This document shows, piece after piece, positions 1 through 11,728 of a stretch of 64,000 bases of DNA. The stretch is taken from NCBI RefSeq assembly GCF_053078305.1, contig NZ_CP166879.1; one strand, written 5' to 3'. The notes under the pieces were generated by a model. The model was given only the letters and a program-made list of their open reading frames with translations. It did not search any database and was not told the DNA's origin. The translations under genes were made by a program, and so were the position numbers. Each line of letters begins with the position of its first letter. The first letter of the stretch is position 1.

Positions 1-389
1 AAATGGGGATCCGTCTTGAGAATGCCCGAGGGAAAGATCTGTATCAATTCTGGGGAGATATCATCACCAACAAGCTGAACGAGGCGCTCGCAGCACAAGG
101 CGATAATGTGGTGATTAATCTGGCGTCAGATGAGTATTTTAAATCGGTGAAGCCGAAGAAATTGAATGCCGAGATTATCAAGCCGGTGTTCCTCGATGAG
201 AAGAACGGCAAATTTAAGATAATCAGCTTCTACGCTAAGAAAGCACGCGGTCTGATGAGTCGTTTCATTATTGAAAATCGGCTGACCAAACCAGAGCAAC
301 TGACTGGTTTTAATAGCGAAGGTTACTTCTTTGATGAAGCTTCCTCCAGCAATGACGAACTGGTGTTTAAACGCTACGAGCAGCGTTAA
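1..389 (+). CDS. yaaA: YaaA peroxide stress resistance protein (DUF328), 3' portion only; 5' end is outside the window
   Basis: ORF 3..389 is open from the window edge and its translation matches the YaaA C-terminus; stop at 387-389. Confidence 0.9.
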   Translation, partial: MGIRLENARGKDLYQFWGDIITNKLNEALAAQGDNVVINLASDEYFKSVKPKKLNAEIIKPVFLDEKNGKFKIISFYAKKARGLMSRFIIENRLTKPEQLTGFNSEGYFFDEASSSNDELVFKRYEQR

Positions 390-399
390 GTTTGTAGTC

Positions 400-528
400 A
401 ATGCCGGATGCGGCGTGAACGCCTTATCCGGCCTACAAAAGCATGCAGATTCAATATATTGCAGAATTCACGTAGGCCTGATAAGACGCGCCAGCGTCGC
501 ATCAGGCGCTGAATGCCGGATTGTTACC
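400..528. repeat. REP/BIME-type palindromic repeats (GCCGGATGCGGCGTGAACGCCTTATCCGGCCTAC-like units)
   Basis: Imperfect palindromic units typical of enterobacterial REP elements, in the yaaA-yaaX intergenic region. Confidence 0.8.
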
Positions 529-541
529 CGGCATTTGTCAT

Positions 542-838
542 TTAGCGGTGATGTTTGCCTGGACCATGACCGCCGTGATGATCATGATGAGCTTTCTTAT
601 GGTGACGCGGCGGTGGCAGCGGTCCGTGTGGGTGCCAGCGATTGCCTCGCCATTCATAATGTTGTTTCCACCAGCCGTGGTCGCGCCAGTGACCGCCATC
701 CCAGTAATAACCGCGATTATCACGATCGCCTATCTGTAATTTTACTGACGGGACTAACGTAATTTCCGCAGCCTGCGCTGCCATGGGAGCGACCAGAACC
801 AGGGAAAGTGCGAGTACGATAGATTGCATCTTTTTCAC
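542..838 (-). CDS. yaaX: YaaX, DUF2502 family secreted His/Trp-rich protein
   Basis: 98-aa ORF with N-terminal signal peptide and HGW-rich repeats; recognised as YaaX; synteny next to thrC. Confidence 0.85.
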   Translation of the reverse strand: MKKMQSIVLALSLVLVAPMAAQAAEITLVPSVKLQIGDRDNRGYYWDGGHWRDHGWWKQHYEWRGNRWHPHGPLPPPRHHKKAHHDHHGGHGPGKHHR

Positions 839-1051
839 AGGTTACTCCTTTTATCATTGCCCGTTATGGGTCGATATCCGGAGATTACGCGATGAGAACG
901 GCGGTTGTTATTCTCCGCAATCCTAATCTCTAAGTTACCGCATTTATTGAGAATTTCTCCTTTTTCCCTGTCGTTTCTCTCCATATTTTCTTCACAAAAA
1001 AGCCGGGCTGCATAAAAGCAAATCCGGCCTGATTGAGATAATGAATAGATG

Positions 1052-2338
1052 TTACTGATGATTCATCATCAATTTACGCAACGCAGCAAAATCGGCGGGC
1101 AGATTATGCGAAAGCAAGGGTAAATCGGCACGTTCTGCCAGCTCTTTTGGCAGATCCAACGTTTCACCGAGAATCGCTTCCACGCTCTCTTTAAATTTCG
1201 CCGGATGCGCGGTGCCGAGGAACAAGCCATATTCGCCTGGATTCAACTGGTCACGCAGCGCACGATACGCTACGGCAGCGTGCGGCTCCGAGGTGTAGCC
1301 CAGTTCTTTTAACTCACGCATTGTCTGTTGCGTGGTTTCATCATCCACGGCTGCATAACCCAGCTCTTTCAGTTGCCAGATTTTGCGGCGGAACAACTCT
1401 TCCACACGCGGCCAGTTGTTCGGCTGACTCACGTCCATCGCGTTGGATAACGTCGCCTGAGTCGCTTTGGGTGACCACTGACCGTCGTGCAGGAAACGTG
1501 GCACGGTATCGTTCACGTTGGTCGCAGCAATAAAACGTTTCACCGGCAGACCGAGTGACTTCGCCAGCAGACCCGCCGTCAAATCGCCGAAGTTTCCGCT
1601 TGGCACCGAGACAACCAGCTGGTTGCGCGCTTCCTGCGGCAGCTGCGCAACTGCTTCAAAGTAGTAGCAAATCTGCGCCAGCAACCGGCTGATGTTAATC
1701 GAGTTAGCTGAGTTTAACCCCAGCGCCACTTTCAGCTCTTCATCATCAAACGCCTGCTTCACCAGCGCCTGACAGGCATCGAAATCGCCGTCGATGGCAA
1801 CAGTTTCGATATTGCCGCCCAATGTACAGAACAGTTTTTCTTGCAGTGGACTGATTTTGCCTCGTGGATAGAGGATAACCACTTTCACATTCGGTAAACC
1901 GTAGAAAGCATGAGCCACTGCCGCTCCGGTATCACCGGAGGTCGCGGTCAGAATGGTCACTGGCTTATCGCCCGCAATATGGGTCAGCATTTGTGCCATA
2001 AAGCGACCGCCGAAATCTTTAAATGCCAGCGTTGGCCCGTGGAACAATTCCAGACAACCGACATCGCTTTCAACATTGGCGACCGGAGCCGGGAAGGCAA
2101 ACGCCGCGCGCACGCGCTCTTCCAGGATTTCCTGCGGGATTTCATCACCAATAAACGCCGAGAGGATCTTCGCACTGCGGGTGACAAAATCCAGCTTCAG
2201 CATCTCATCAATTTCAGTCAGGCTGAATTCCGGCAGGTCGTGCGGAAAAAACAGCCCCTGATTTTTGCCCAACCCCTGGGTTACGGCTTGCGCAAAGCTG
2301 ACCTGCTCATTGTGATCTTTCAGATTGTAGAGTTTCAT
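1052..2338 (-). CDS. thrC: Threonine synthase
   Basis: 428-aa ORF recognised as ThrC (MKLYNLKDHNEQVSFAQAV...); operon synteny. Confidence 0.97.
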   Translation of the reverse strand: MKLYNLKDHNEQVSFAQAVTQGLGKNQGLFFPHDLPEFSLTEIDEMLKLDFVTRSAKILSAFIGDEIPQEILEERVRAAFAFPAPVANVESDVGCLELFHGPTLAFKDFGGRFMAQMLTHIAGDKPVTILTATSGDTGAAVAHAFYGLPNVKVVILYPRGKISPLQEKLFCTLGGNIETVAIDGDFDACQALVKQAFDDEELKVALGLNSANSINISRLLAQICYYFEAVAQLPQEARNQLVVSVPSGNFGDLTAGLLAKSLGLPVKRFIAATNVNDTVPRFLHDGQWSPKATQATLSNAMDVSQPNNWPRVEELFRRKIWQLKELGYAAVDDETTQQTMRELKELGYTSEPHAAVAYRALRDQLNPGEYGLFLGTAHPAKFKESVEAILGETLDLPKELAERADLPLLSHNLPADFAALRKLMMNHQ

Positions 2339-3271
2339 TTAGTTTTCCAGTACTCGTGCGCCCGCCGTATCCAGCCGGCAAATATGAACAAAACCTTCCT
2401 GATTTTGCAGGTAGTTCTTACCCAACCAGTCGGCAACGCGCTGGGCGGTATCCGGCTTGTCACACAGAGCGAACAAGGTCGGGCCGGAGCCGGAGATACC
2501 GCTCGCTACCGCGCCGATTTCCGCGACCGCCTGCCGCGCCTGCCGGAAGCCAGGCAGTAACCGTTCACGGTAGGGTTCTGCGATAACATCTTTCATCAGC
2601 TTCGCGGCAAGCTCAGGCTGACGGGAATAGCAGGCGTGAATGAAGCCTGCCAGATGTCGCCCGTGCGCAATGCAATCCTGGCGGCGATACTGCGCCGGTA
2701 AAATAGCCCGGGCTTCTGCCGTCGAGACTTTAATCCCCGGATACGCCAGCACCCACAGCCACTCATCAAACCCTGGCACTTGCTGGCTGATGATGTCGTT
2801 TTCTTCGATCATCAACTGCATACCACCAAGAAAACACGGTGCCACGTTGTCGTAATGAATGCTGCCGGAGATTCGTCCTTCCAGCTCGCCCATCAAAGCC
2901 AGCAAACGAGTGTCATTAAGCGGCTTGCCACAGTGTTCATTCATCGCCATCAGCGCCGCGACCACCGAACAGGCGCTGGAGCCTAAGCCCGAACCGATCG
3001 GCATATTCTTTTCCAGAGTCATCGCCACTGGAATTTGCTTCCCAAGCTCCTGGCAAAAACGCTCCCAGCACTGATAAACGATATTTTCCCGTGGTTCTGA
3101 CGGCAGCTTATCGGCAAAGCGTCCGAGGTTGTTGAGACTGAATGTCTCTGCCGCCTCAACCGTTACTACATCTCCGAGCAATGCACCATCAACGGGTGTC
3201 ACCGCCGCCCCGAGCACATCAAACCCGACGCTCATATTGGCACTGGAAGCCGGGGCATAAACTTTAACCAT
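2339..3271 (-). CDS. thrB: Homoserine kinase
   Basis: 310-aa ORF recognised as ThrB ([21 protein letters not shown]...); directly follows thrA. Confidence 0.97.
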
Positions 3272-3272
3272 G

Positions 3273-5735
3273 TCAGACTCCTAACTTCCATGAGAGGGTA
3301 CGCAGCAGATCGGCAAAGACACCGGCAGCTGTAACGTCATTGCCCGCACCATATCCGCGCAGCACCAACGGCAGCGGCTGATAATAGTGGCTATAAAAGG
3401 CCAGGGCGTTTTCGCCATTTTTCACTTTGAACAGCGGATCATTACCATCCACTTCGGCAATCTTCACGCGGCAGACACCATCTTCATCAATATTGCCAAC
3501 ATAGCGCAAAACTTTTCCTTCATCACGGGCCTTCGCCACGCGCGCGGCAAAGAGATCGTCGAGCTGTGACAGATTCGCCATAAAAGCGGCAACATCACCC
3601 TCGGCGTTAAACTCTGCGGGCAGCACAGGTTCAATTTCAATATCCGCCAGCTCCAGTTCACGTCCCGTTTCACGAGCGAGGATCAATAGTTTACGCGCCA
3701 CATCCATACCAGAAAGATCATCTCGCGGGTCCGGTTCGGTATAACCCATTTCCCGCGCCAGCGTAGTCGCCTCGGAGAAACTCATGCCTTCGTCTAACTT
3801 GCCGAAGATATAAGAAAGCGAACCTGAAAGAATGCCGGAGAACTTCATCAATTCATCACCTGCATTGAGCAGATTTTGCAGGTTCTCAATAACCGGTAAT
3901 CCAGCCCCAACGTTGGTGTCATAGAGGAATTTACGTCGCGATTTTTCCGCCGCATAACGCAACTGATGGTAGTAATCCATCGACGAGGTGTTGGCCTTTT
4001 TATTCGGCGTGACAACGTGGAAACCTTCGCGCAGGAAGTCGGCATATTGATCCGCCACTGCCTGGCTGGAGGTGCAGTCAACAATGACCGGGTTCAGCAG
4101 ATGATATTCTTTCACGAGGCGAATTAAGCGCCCGAGATTAAACGGCTCTTTGGCTTGTGCAAGTTCTTCCTGCCAGTTTTCCAGGTTTAGGCCATGCACA
4201 TTGGTGAGCAGAGCCTTCGAGTTGGCAACGCCGCAGACACGTAAGTCGATATGTTTATTCTTCAACCAGCTTTGCTGACGCTTCAGTTGCTCCAGCAGCG
4301 CACCGCCAACGCCACCGACGCCAATCACAAACACTTCGATAACCTGATCGGTATTGAACAGCATCTGATGAGTAACGCGCACGCCAGTGGTCGCATCATC
4401 GTTATTTACCACGACAGAGATTGAGCGTTCAGAAGATCCCTGAGCAATGGCGACAATGTTGATATTGGCGCGGGCCAGCGCGGCAAAGAATTTCGCCGAG
4501 ATCCCACGCAAGGTGCGCATACCATCACCTACCACCGAGATAATGGCCAGCCGTTCCGTCACCGCCAGCGGCTCCAGTAAGCCTTCTTTCAGTTCCAGGT
4601 AGAACTCTTCCTGCATTGCCCGTTCAGCTCGCACACAGTCGCTTTGCGGAACGCAGAAACTGATACTGTATTCGGAAGATGATTGCGTAATCAGCACCAC
4701 GGAAATACGGGCGCGTGACATTGCAGCAAAGACGCGCGCCGCCATGCCGACCATTCCTTTCATCCCCGGGCCGGAAACGCTGAACATTGCCATGTTATTC
4801 AGATTGGAAATGCCCTTGACCGGTAATTCGTCTTCATCACGGCTGGCACCAATGAGCGTACCTGGAGCTTGAGGATTTCCGGTATTTTTAATCAGGCAAG
4901 GGATCTGGAACTGGGCGATGGGGGTAATGGTGCGGGGGTGAAGAACTTTAGCGCCGAAGTAGGAAAGCTCCATCGCTTCCTGGTAGGACATCGACTTCAA
5001 CAACCTCGCATCGGGCACCTGACGCGGGTCGCAGGTATAAACCCCGTCAACGTCCGTCCAAATCTCGCAACAATCGGCGCGTAAACAGGCAGCCAGAACC
5101 GCCGCGGAGTAGTCGGAACCGTTGCGTCCAAGCACCACCAGTTCGCCTTTTTCATTACCGGCGGTGAAACCTGCCATCAGCACCATGTGATCAGCCGGAA
5201 TACGACTTGCCGCAATACGGCGGGTGGACTCAGCAATATCGACGGTAGATTCGAGGTAATGCCCCACTGCCAGTAGTTTTTCGACCGGATCGATAACGGT
5301 AACGTTGTGACCACGCGCTTCTAACACGCCGGCCATAATGGCGATCGACATTTTCTCGCCACGGCAAATCAGCGCAGCGTTAATGCTATCCGGGCACTGC
5401 CCTAACAAACTAATGCCATGCAGGACATGTTTTATTTGGGCAAATTCCTGGTCGACGAAAGTTTTCAATTGCGCCAGCGGGAATCCCGGCTGGGCGGCGG
5501 CGAGTCCCGTCAGAAGTTCGGCAAAAATACGTTCGGCATCGCTGATATTGGGTAAAGCATCCTGGCCGCTAATGGTTTTTTCAATCATCGCCACCAGGTG
5601 GTTGGTTATTTTGGCGGGGGCAGAGAGGACGGTGGCCACCTGCCCCTGCCTGGCATTGCTTTCCAGAATATCGGCAACCCGCAGAAAACGTTCTGCATTT
5701 GCCACTGATGTACCGCCGAACTTCAACACTCGCAT
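3273..5735 (-). CDS. thrA: Bifunctional aspartokinase I / homoserine dehydrogenase I
   Basis: ORF 3273..5777; start placed at the internal Met giving [17 protein letters not shown] (820 aa). Confidence 0.96.
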
Positions 5736-5761
5736 GGTTGTTACCTCGTTACCTTTGGTCG

Positions 5762-5800
5762 AAAAAAAAGCCCGCACTGTCAGGTGCGGGCTTTTTTCTG
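5762..5800 (-). terminator. thr operon attenuator (rho-independent terminator hairpin with U-tract)
   Basis: On the minus strand AAGCCCGCACCTGACAGTGCGGGCTTTTTTTT lies between thrL and thrA. Confidence 0.85.
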
Positions 5801-5815
5801 TGTTTCCTGTACGCG

Positions 5816-5884
<69 letters not shown>

Positions 5885-5919
5885 TGTTGTGTACTCTGTA
5901 ATTTTTATCTGTCTGTGCG

Positions 5920-5962
5920 CTATGCCTATATTGGTTAAAGTATTTAGTGACCTAAGTCAATA
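5920..5962 (-). promoter_or_regulatory. Probable thr operon promoter
   Basis: Minus-strand TTGACT hexamer (complement of 5955-5960) with an AT-rich -10 region upstream of thrL; exact -10 not resolved. Confidence 0.45.
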
Positions 5963-6094
5963 AAATTTTAATTTACTCACGGCAGGTAACCAGTTCAGAA
6001 GCTGCTGTCAGAGACTCTTTTTTTAATCCACACAGAGACATATTGCCCGTTGCAGTCAGAATGAAAAGCTGAAAAATACTTACTAAGGCGTTTT

Positions 6095-6781
6095 TTATTT
6101 GGTGATATTTTTTTCAATATCATGCAGCAAACGGTGCAACATTGCCGTGTCTCGTTGCTCTAAAAGCCCCAGGCGTTGTTGTAACCAGTCGACCAGTTTT
6201 ATGTCATCTGCCACTGCCAGAGTCGTCAGCAATGCCATGGCTCGTTCGCGTAAAGCTTGCAGTTGATGTTGGTCTGCCGTTGTGTCACTTTTCGTCGGTT
6301 GTTGTATTAATGTTGCTAATTGATAGCAATAGACCATCACCGCCTGCCCAAGATTGAGCGAAGGATAATCCGCCACCATCGGCACACCAGTAAGAACGTC
6401 AGCCAACGCTAACTCTTCGTTAGTCAGCCCGGAATCTTCGCGACCAAACACCAGCGCGGCATGGCTCATCCATGAAGATTTTTCCTCTAACAGCGGCACC
6501 AGTTCTACTGGCGTGGCGTAGTAATGATATTTCGCCCGACTGCGTGCAGTGGTGGCGACAGTGAAATCGACATCGTGTAACGATTCAGCCAGCGTCGGGA
6601 AAACTTTAATATTATCAATAATATCACCAGATCCATGTGCGACCCAGCGAGTGGCTGGCTCCAGATGTGCCTGACTATCGACAATCCGCAGTTCGCTAAA
6701 CCCCATCGTTTTCATTGCCCGCGCCGCTGCCCCAATATTTTCTGCTCTGGCGGGTGCGACCAGAATAATCGTTATACGCAT
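6095..6781 (-). CDS. lasT: SpoU-family tRNA/rRNA methyltransferase
   Basis: ORF 6095..6802; start placed at the internal Met giving MRITIILVAPARAENIGAAARAMKTMGF (228 aa). Confidence 0.9.
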   Translation of the reverse strand: MRITIILVAPARAENIGAAARAMKTMGFSELRIVDSQAHLEPATRWVAHGSGDIIDNIKVFPTLAESLHDVDFTVATTARSRAKYHYYATPVELVPLLEEKSSWMSHAALVFGREDSGLTNEELALADVLTGVPMVADYPSLNLGQAVMVYCYQLATLIQQPTKSDTTADQHQLQALRERAMALLTTLAVADDIKLVDWLQQRLGLLEQRDTAMLHRLLHDIEKNITK

Positions 6782-7180
6782 ATTGCCACTCTTCTTGACC
6801 AAATGACCGCGAACAGGGTGATCACTGTCAACTTATTACGCGGTGCGAATTTACAAATCCTTAACGTAAGTCGCAGAAAAAGCCCTTTACTTAGCTTAAA
6901 AAAGGCTAAACTATTTCCTGACTGTACTAACGGTTGAATTGTTAAAAAATGCTACATATCCTTCTGTTTACTTAGGATAATTTTATAAAAAATAAATCTC
7001 GACAATTGGATTCACCACGTTTATTAGTTGTATGATGCAACTAGTTGGATTATTAAAATAATGTGACGAAAGCTAGCATTTAGATACGATGATTTCATCA
7101 AACTGTTAACGTGCTACAATTGAACTTGATATATGTCAACGAAGCGTAGTTTTATTGGGTGTCCGGCCCCTCTTAGCCTG

Positions 7181-7321
7181 TTATGTTGCTGTTAAAATGG
7201 TTAGGATGACAGCCGTTTTTGACACTGTCGGGTCCTGAGGGAAAGTACCCACGACCAAGCTAATGATGTTGTTGACGTTGATGGAAAGTGCATCAAGAAC
7301 GCAATTACGTACTTTAGTCAT
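7181..7321 (-). CDS. yjjY: Small protein YjjY (46 aa)
   Basis: Hand translation of the minus strand: MTKVRNCVLDALSINVNNIISLVVGTFPQDPTVSKTAVILTILTAT; below the 60-aa ORF-track cutoff; sits between arcA and lasT. Confidence 0.7.
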   Translation of the reverse strand: MTKVRNCVLDALSINVNNIISLVVGTFPQDPTVSKTAVILTILTAT

Positions 7322-7416
7322 GTTACGCCGATCATGTTAATTTGCAGCATGCATCAGGCAGGTCAGGGACTTTTGTACTTCCTGTTTCGATTTAGTTGGC
7401 AATTTAGGTAGCAAAC

Positions 7417-8133
7417 ATGCAGACCCCGCACATTCTTATCGTTGAAGACGAGTTGGTAACACGCAACACGTTGAAAAGTATTTTCGAAGCGGAAGGCTAT
7501 GATGTTTTCGAAGCGACAGATGGCGCGGAAATGCATCAGATCCTCTCTGAATATGACATCAACCTGGTGATCATGGATATCAATCTGCCGGGTAAGAACG
7601 GTCTTCTGTTAGCGCGTGAACTGCGCGAGCAGGCGAATGTTGCGTTGATGTTCCTGACTGGCCGTGACAACGAAGTCGATAAAATTCTCGGCCTCGAAAT
7701 CGGTGCAGATGACTACATCACCAAACCGTTCAACCCGCGTGAACTGACGATTCGTGCACGCAACCTGCTGTCCCGTACCATGAATCTGGGTACTGTCAGC
7801 GAAGAACGTCGTAGCGTTGAAAGCTACAAGTTCAATGGTTGGGAACTGGACATCAACAGCCGTTCGTTGATCGGCCCTGATGGCGAGCAGTACAAGCTGC
7901 CGCGCAGCGAGTTCCGCGCCATGCTTCACTTCTGTGAAAACCCAGGCAAAATTCAGTCCCGTGCTGAACTGCTGAAGAAAATGACCGGCCGTGAGCTGAA
8001 ACCACACGACCGTACTGTAGACGTGACGATCCGCCGTATTCGTAAACATTTCGAATCTACGCCGGATACGCCGGAAATCATCGCCACCATTCACGGTGAA
8101 GGTTATCGCTTCTGCGGTGATCTGGAAGATTAA
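7417..8133 (+). CDS. arcA: Aerobic respiration control response regulator ArcA
   Basis: 238-aa ORF recognised as ArcA ([41 protein letters not shown]...). Confidence 0.97.
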
Positions 8134-8149
8134 TCGGCTTTACCACCGT

Positions 8150-8188
8150 CAAAAAAAACGGCGCTTTTTAGCGCCGTTTTTATTTTTC
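8150..8188. terminator. Bidirectional rho-independent terminator between convergent arcA and creD
   Basis: Hairpin AACGGCGC-TTTTTA-GCGCCGTT flanked by an A-tract upstream and a T-tract downstream. Confidence 0.75.
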
Positions 8189-8192
8189 AAAC

Positions 8193-9545
8193 TTATTTCC
8201 AGATACGTAATTCATCGTCCGTTGTAACGTCTTTACTGGCTTTCATTTTCGGCAGTGAAAACGCATACCAGTCGATATTACGAGTCACAAACATCATGCC
8301 GGCCAGCGCCACCACCAGCACACTGGTTCCCAACAACAGCGCGCTATCGGCAGAGTTGAGCAGTCCCCACATCACACCATCCAGCAACAACAGCGCGAGG
8401 GTAAACAACATGCTGTTGCGCCAGCCTTTCAATACCGCCTGCAAATAAATACCGTTCATTAACGCCCCAATCAGACTGGCGATTATCCATGCCACGGTAA
8501 AACCGGTATGTTCAGAAAGCGCCAGCAAGAGCAAATAAAACATCACCAATGAAAGCCCCACCAGCAAATATTGCATTGGGTGTAAACGTTGCGCGGTGAG
8601 CGTTTCAAAAACAAAGAACGCCATAAAAGTCAGCGCAATCAGCAGAATGGCATACTTAGTCGCCCGGTCAGTTAATTGGTATTGATCGGCTGGCGTCGTC
8701 ACTGCGACGCTAAACGCGGGGAAGTTTTCCCAGCCGGTATCATTGCCTGAAGCAAAACGCTCACCGAGATTATTAGCAAACCAGCTGCTTTGCCATTGCG
8801 CCTGAAAACCTGACTCACTAACTTCCCGTTTGGCTGGTAGAAAATCACCTAAAAAACTGGGATGCGACCAGTTGCTGGTTAAGGTCATTTCGCTATTACG
8901 CCCCGCAGGCACCACAGAAAGATCGCCGGTACCGCTTAAATTCAGGGCCATATTCAGCTTCAGGTTCTGCTTGCGCCAGTCCCCTTCGGGTAAAGGGATA
9001 TGCACGCCCTGCCCGCCTTGCTCTAACCCGGTGCCGGGTTCAATGGTCAGCGCCGTTCCGTTAACTTCAGGCGCTTTCACCACACCAATACCACGCGCAT
9101 CCCCGACGCTAATCACAATAAATGGCTTGCCTAAGGTGATATTTGGCGCGTCGAGTTCGCTAAGACGCGAAACATCGAAATCGGCTTTTAGCGTTAAATC
9201 ACTGTGCCAGACCTGACCGGTATAAATCCCTATCTTGCGTTCTTCCACGTTCTGATTGCCATCAACCATCAATGACTCAGGTAACCAAAAATGGATAAAA
9301 CTTCGTTTCCGCTCCACGGTTTTATCCTCTTCCTGCACCGTATAAAGCTCGGTCACAGGAATAGCGATAAGCGGCCCAACGAGTTTTTGCGGCCCGCTGG
9401 TACTTTGGCGAATCGCATCTTCCACATCGCTACGGTAATCGGCACGTTCGACAATCACCTGCCGAATCAGCATTATCGGAATCAACAACAGCAATACTGC
9501 ACCAAACAGGGTGGTCATTTTCCAGAACAGGGGGGATTTCAACAT
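8193..9545 (-). CDS. creD: Inner membrane protein CreD
   Basis: 450-aa ORF; multi-pass membrane protein; synteny creABCD. Confidence 0.93.
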   Translation of the reverse strand: MLKSPLFWKMTTLFGAVLLLLIPIMLIRQVIVERADYRSDVEDAIRQSTSGPQKLVGPLIAIPVTELYTVQEEDKTVERKRSFIHFWLPESLMVDGNQNVEERKIGIYTGQVWHSDLTLKADFDVSRLSELDAPNITLGKPFIVISVGDARGIGVVKAPEVNGTALTIEPGTGLEQGGQGVHIPLPEGDWRKQNLKLNMALNLSGTGDLSVVPAGRNSEMTLTSNWSHPSFLGDFLPAKREVSESGFQAQWQSSWFANNLGERFASGNDTGWENFPAFSVAVTTPADQYQLTDRATKYAILLIALTFMAFFVFETLTAQRLHPMQYLLVGLSLVMFYLLLLALSEHTGFTVAWIIASLIGALMNGIYLQAVLKGWRNSMLFTLALLLLDGVMWGLLNSADSALLLGTSVLVVALAGMMFVTRNIDWYAFSLPKMKASKDVTTDDELRIWK

Positions 9546-9602
9546 AGTCTTCTCCTTTGCAATGGCAGCAGGATACGAAGGCTATGTGGTAAGAATTTGA
9601 AG

Positions 9603-11027
9603 CTATGTGAAGTGACGGTGAAGTCGAAGCGAGGCCAGCACGCCACCTTCCTGCACGTTGCGCAGAGTGACTTCGCCGTTAAACAAACGGGCGACCTCAC
9701 TGACAAACGCCAACCCCAGACCGCTGCTTTTTTGCCCATTAGCACGCGGCAAAGAGTAAAAGCGTTCAAAAATACGTGACAGCGCGTAGTCAGGAATACC
9801 ACTACCGGTATCCAGCACCTTAAGCGTGACGTGTTCATGATCCACTTCGGCGCTTAGCGTTATGCGACCGCTCTCAGGGGTAAAATCGATGGCGTTATCC
9901 AGTAAATTCCCCAGCGCCTGCTCCAGTAACGCCGGTTCAGCAGCAACGTTAACCTCAGTAGGCATAACATGCAAAGTGATGTTTTTTTCTGCCAACTGCA
10001 CGGTGCGCGCTTCGCTGACGCGGCGAAATAATGCCGCCACATCAACAGCAGTCAGAACTACTTCCTGACGATTCTCCAGTCTTGCCTGGCGTAGTAACGT
10101 TTCTACCAATGCCTGCATACGCGCATTTTGGGTCAGAATGTTGTTGGTAAAACGAGCCACCACTTCCGGTGGCGGACCTTCGCGTAAAATTTCCGCCGCG
10201 CCACGAATCGCCGCCAGTGGGCTTTTTAGCTCATGGGTTAACGCATAAACATACTGCTCAATATAGTTTTTCCCTTCCAGCTTCACGCGCATACTTTCCA
10301 GCGCCTGCGCAAGCTTACGCAACTCGCTACTGCCGAGTTCAGGAAGAGGAACGGGCTTATTGTCAGTGACGGAATCGGCATAGCGAGTGAGCCGGGCAAT
10401 GGAGCGGTTGATCCACCAAACCATGCCTGCGCCAATCACCAGTGCAATCCCCAGCAAAATGGCGCTGGCCCATAAAATTCGCCGCTCGCTGCGCTTAATG
10501 ACCGGAGCCATCGCCGCGTTCGGTTTGCCTACGCTCAAAACGCCAATAAGCCGCGAGCCGTCCATAATCGGCGCGGCAACATACATCACCGAACTTTCGG
10601 GATCGGCAGGATTTTGCAACGTGCTGCGCGCACCATACTGACCACGCAACGTTAGCCAGACGTCATTCCAGCGCGAATAATCCTGTCCAACGGCTTTATT
10701 TGCCGAATCGAACAATACTTTGCCCTGCGCATCGGTCATATAGACATGATATTCATTGCGCACTTTGTTAATGCCACCGATATTGGCGCGAAACGGGCGA
10801 TATTGTAGCTGATTAAACGCCTGCGCCAGTTGCCCATGCGTTGGGTCCCCAGAGAGCAAATCGGGACGCGCCAGCTCCGCCAGCAACGTTGCGGTATCGA
10901 TTAACGTCCCCTCCGTTGCTCTTCGCACGCCCGGTTTAACTTCTTTGACAAAAATAGCCAGTACGAACCAGGCCGCCACCGCCACCAGTAAAAAATAGCC
11001 CAGCAGCAACCGCATGCCGATACGCAT
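9603..11027 (-). CDS. creC: Sensor histidine kinase CreC
   Basis: 474-aa ORF with HisKA/HATPase features; overlaps the creB stop. Confidence 0.95.
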   Translation of the reverse strand: MRIGMRLLLGYFLLVAVAAWFVLAIFVKEVKPGVRRATEGTLIDTATLLAELARPDLLSGDPTHGQLAQAFNQLQYRPFRANIGGINKVRNEYHVYMTDAQGKVLFDSANKAVGQDYSRWNDVWLTLRGQYGARSTLQNPADPESSVMYVAAPIMDGSRLIGVLSVGKPNAAMAPVIKRSERRILWASAILLGIALVIGAGMVWWINRSIARLTRYADSVTDNKPVPLPELGSSELRKLAQALESMRVKLEGKNYIEQYVYALTHELKSPLAAIRGAAEILREGPPPEVVARFTNNILTQNARMQALVETLLRQARLENRQEVVLTAVDVAALFRRVSEARTVQLAEKNITLHVMPTEVNVAAEPALLEQALGNLLDNAIDFTPESGRITLSAEVDHEHVTLKVLDTGSGIPDYALSRIFERFYSLPRANGQKSSGLGLAFVSEVARLFNGEVTLRNVQEGGVLASLRLHRHFT

Positions 11028-11716
11028 TACAGGCCCCTCAGGCTATATCCCATGCCGCGATGAGTATTAATCGGAGAAAGATCGGGGTTGATGGCGCGCA
11101 GCTTGGCACGCAACGTTTTAATGTGGGTATCGACGGTGCGATCGTAGGTGTCCTGCGCATCTTCCCACACGCTATCCATTAGTTGCTGGCGGGACCAGAC
11201 GCGGCCTGGCGACTTGAGTAACGTCTTCAGCAATAAAAACTCATACCGCGTCAGCGTTAATGGCGTGTCAAACCAGCTGATCTGCGCCGCGGGTTCATTC
11301 AATTCAAAATGACCAATACGGATGACGGGAGACGGCGACGAGAACTTCTTCACCCGACGCAGTAAGGTGCGCACCCTGGCGCACACTTCGCGGGGTGAAA
11401 ACGGTTTAGCCACATAGTCGTCAGCGCCAATTTCCAGCCCAAGCAGGCGATCGACCTCTTCACTTCGGGCCGTCAGGAACAGTACAGGTAACGCCGGATG
11501 GAGCGCCAGTAACTGGCGGCACAATTCAAAGCCGCTGATATCAGGCAAACCAACATCGAGAATCATGACGTCGGGAACCTGCTGGCGAGCTTTATCCAGC
11601 ACCGGCAAGCCTCGCTCAAAGACCTCGACGGCAAAACCTTCCTGCTGCAACATGTAGACCAGCGTGTCGGCTATCCCTTGCTCATCTTCCACTAACCAGA
11701 CCGTTTCCCGTTGCAT
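11027..11716 (-). CDS. creB: Response regulator CreB
   Basis: 229-aa OmpR-family ORF (MQRETVWLVEDEQGIADTLVYMLQQEGF...). Confidence 0.95.
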   Translation of the reverse strand: MQRETVWLVEDEQGIADTLVYMLQQEGFAVEVFERGLPVLDKARQQVPDVMILDVGLPDISGFELCRQLLALHPALPVLFLTARSEEVDRLLGLEIGADDYVAKPFSPREVCARVRTLLRRVKKFSSPSPVIRIGHFELNEPAAQISWFDTPLTLTRYEFLLLKTLLKSPGRVWSRQQLMDSVWEDAQDTYDRTVDTHIKTLRAKLRAINPDLSPINTHRGMGYSLRGL

Positions 11717-11728
11717 AAATCGCCTCTG

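Noticed and set aside
331-762. 143-aa plus-strand ORF and nested small ORFs over the REP region and yaaX
   Set aside because: They span palindromic REP repeats and the antisense of yaaX, so they are not credible genes.
1910-2560. 216-aa plus-strand ORF
   Set aside because: Antisense across the thrC/thrB junction.
5762-5800. Possible one-base difference in the thr attenuator T-run relative to K-12
   Set aside because: I cannot recall the reference run length reliably, and homopolymer runs are error-prone, so this is not reportable without alignment.
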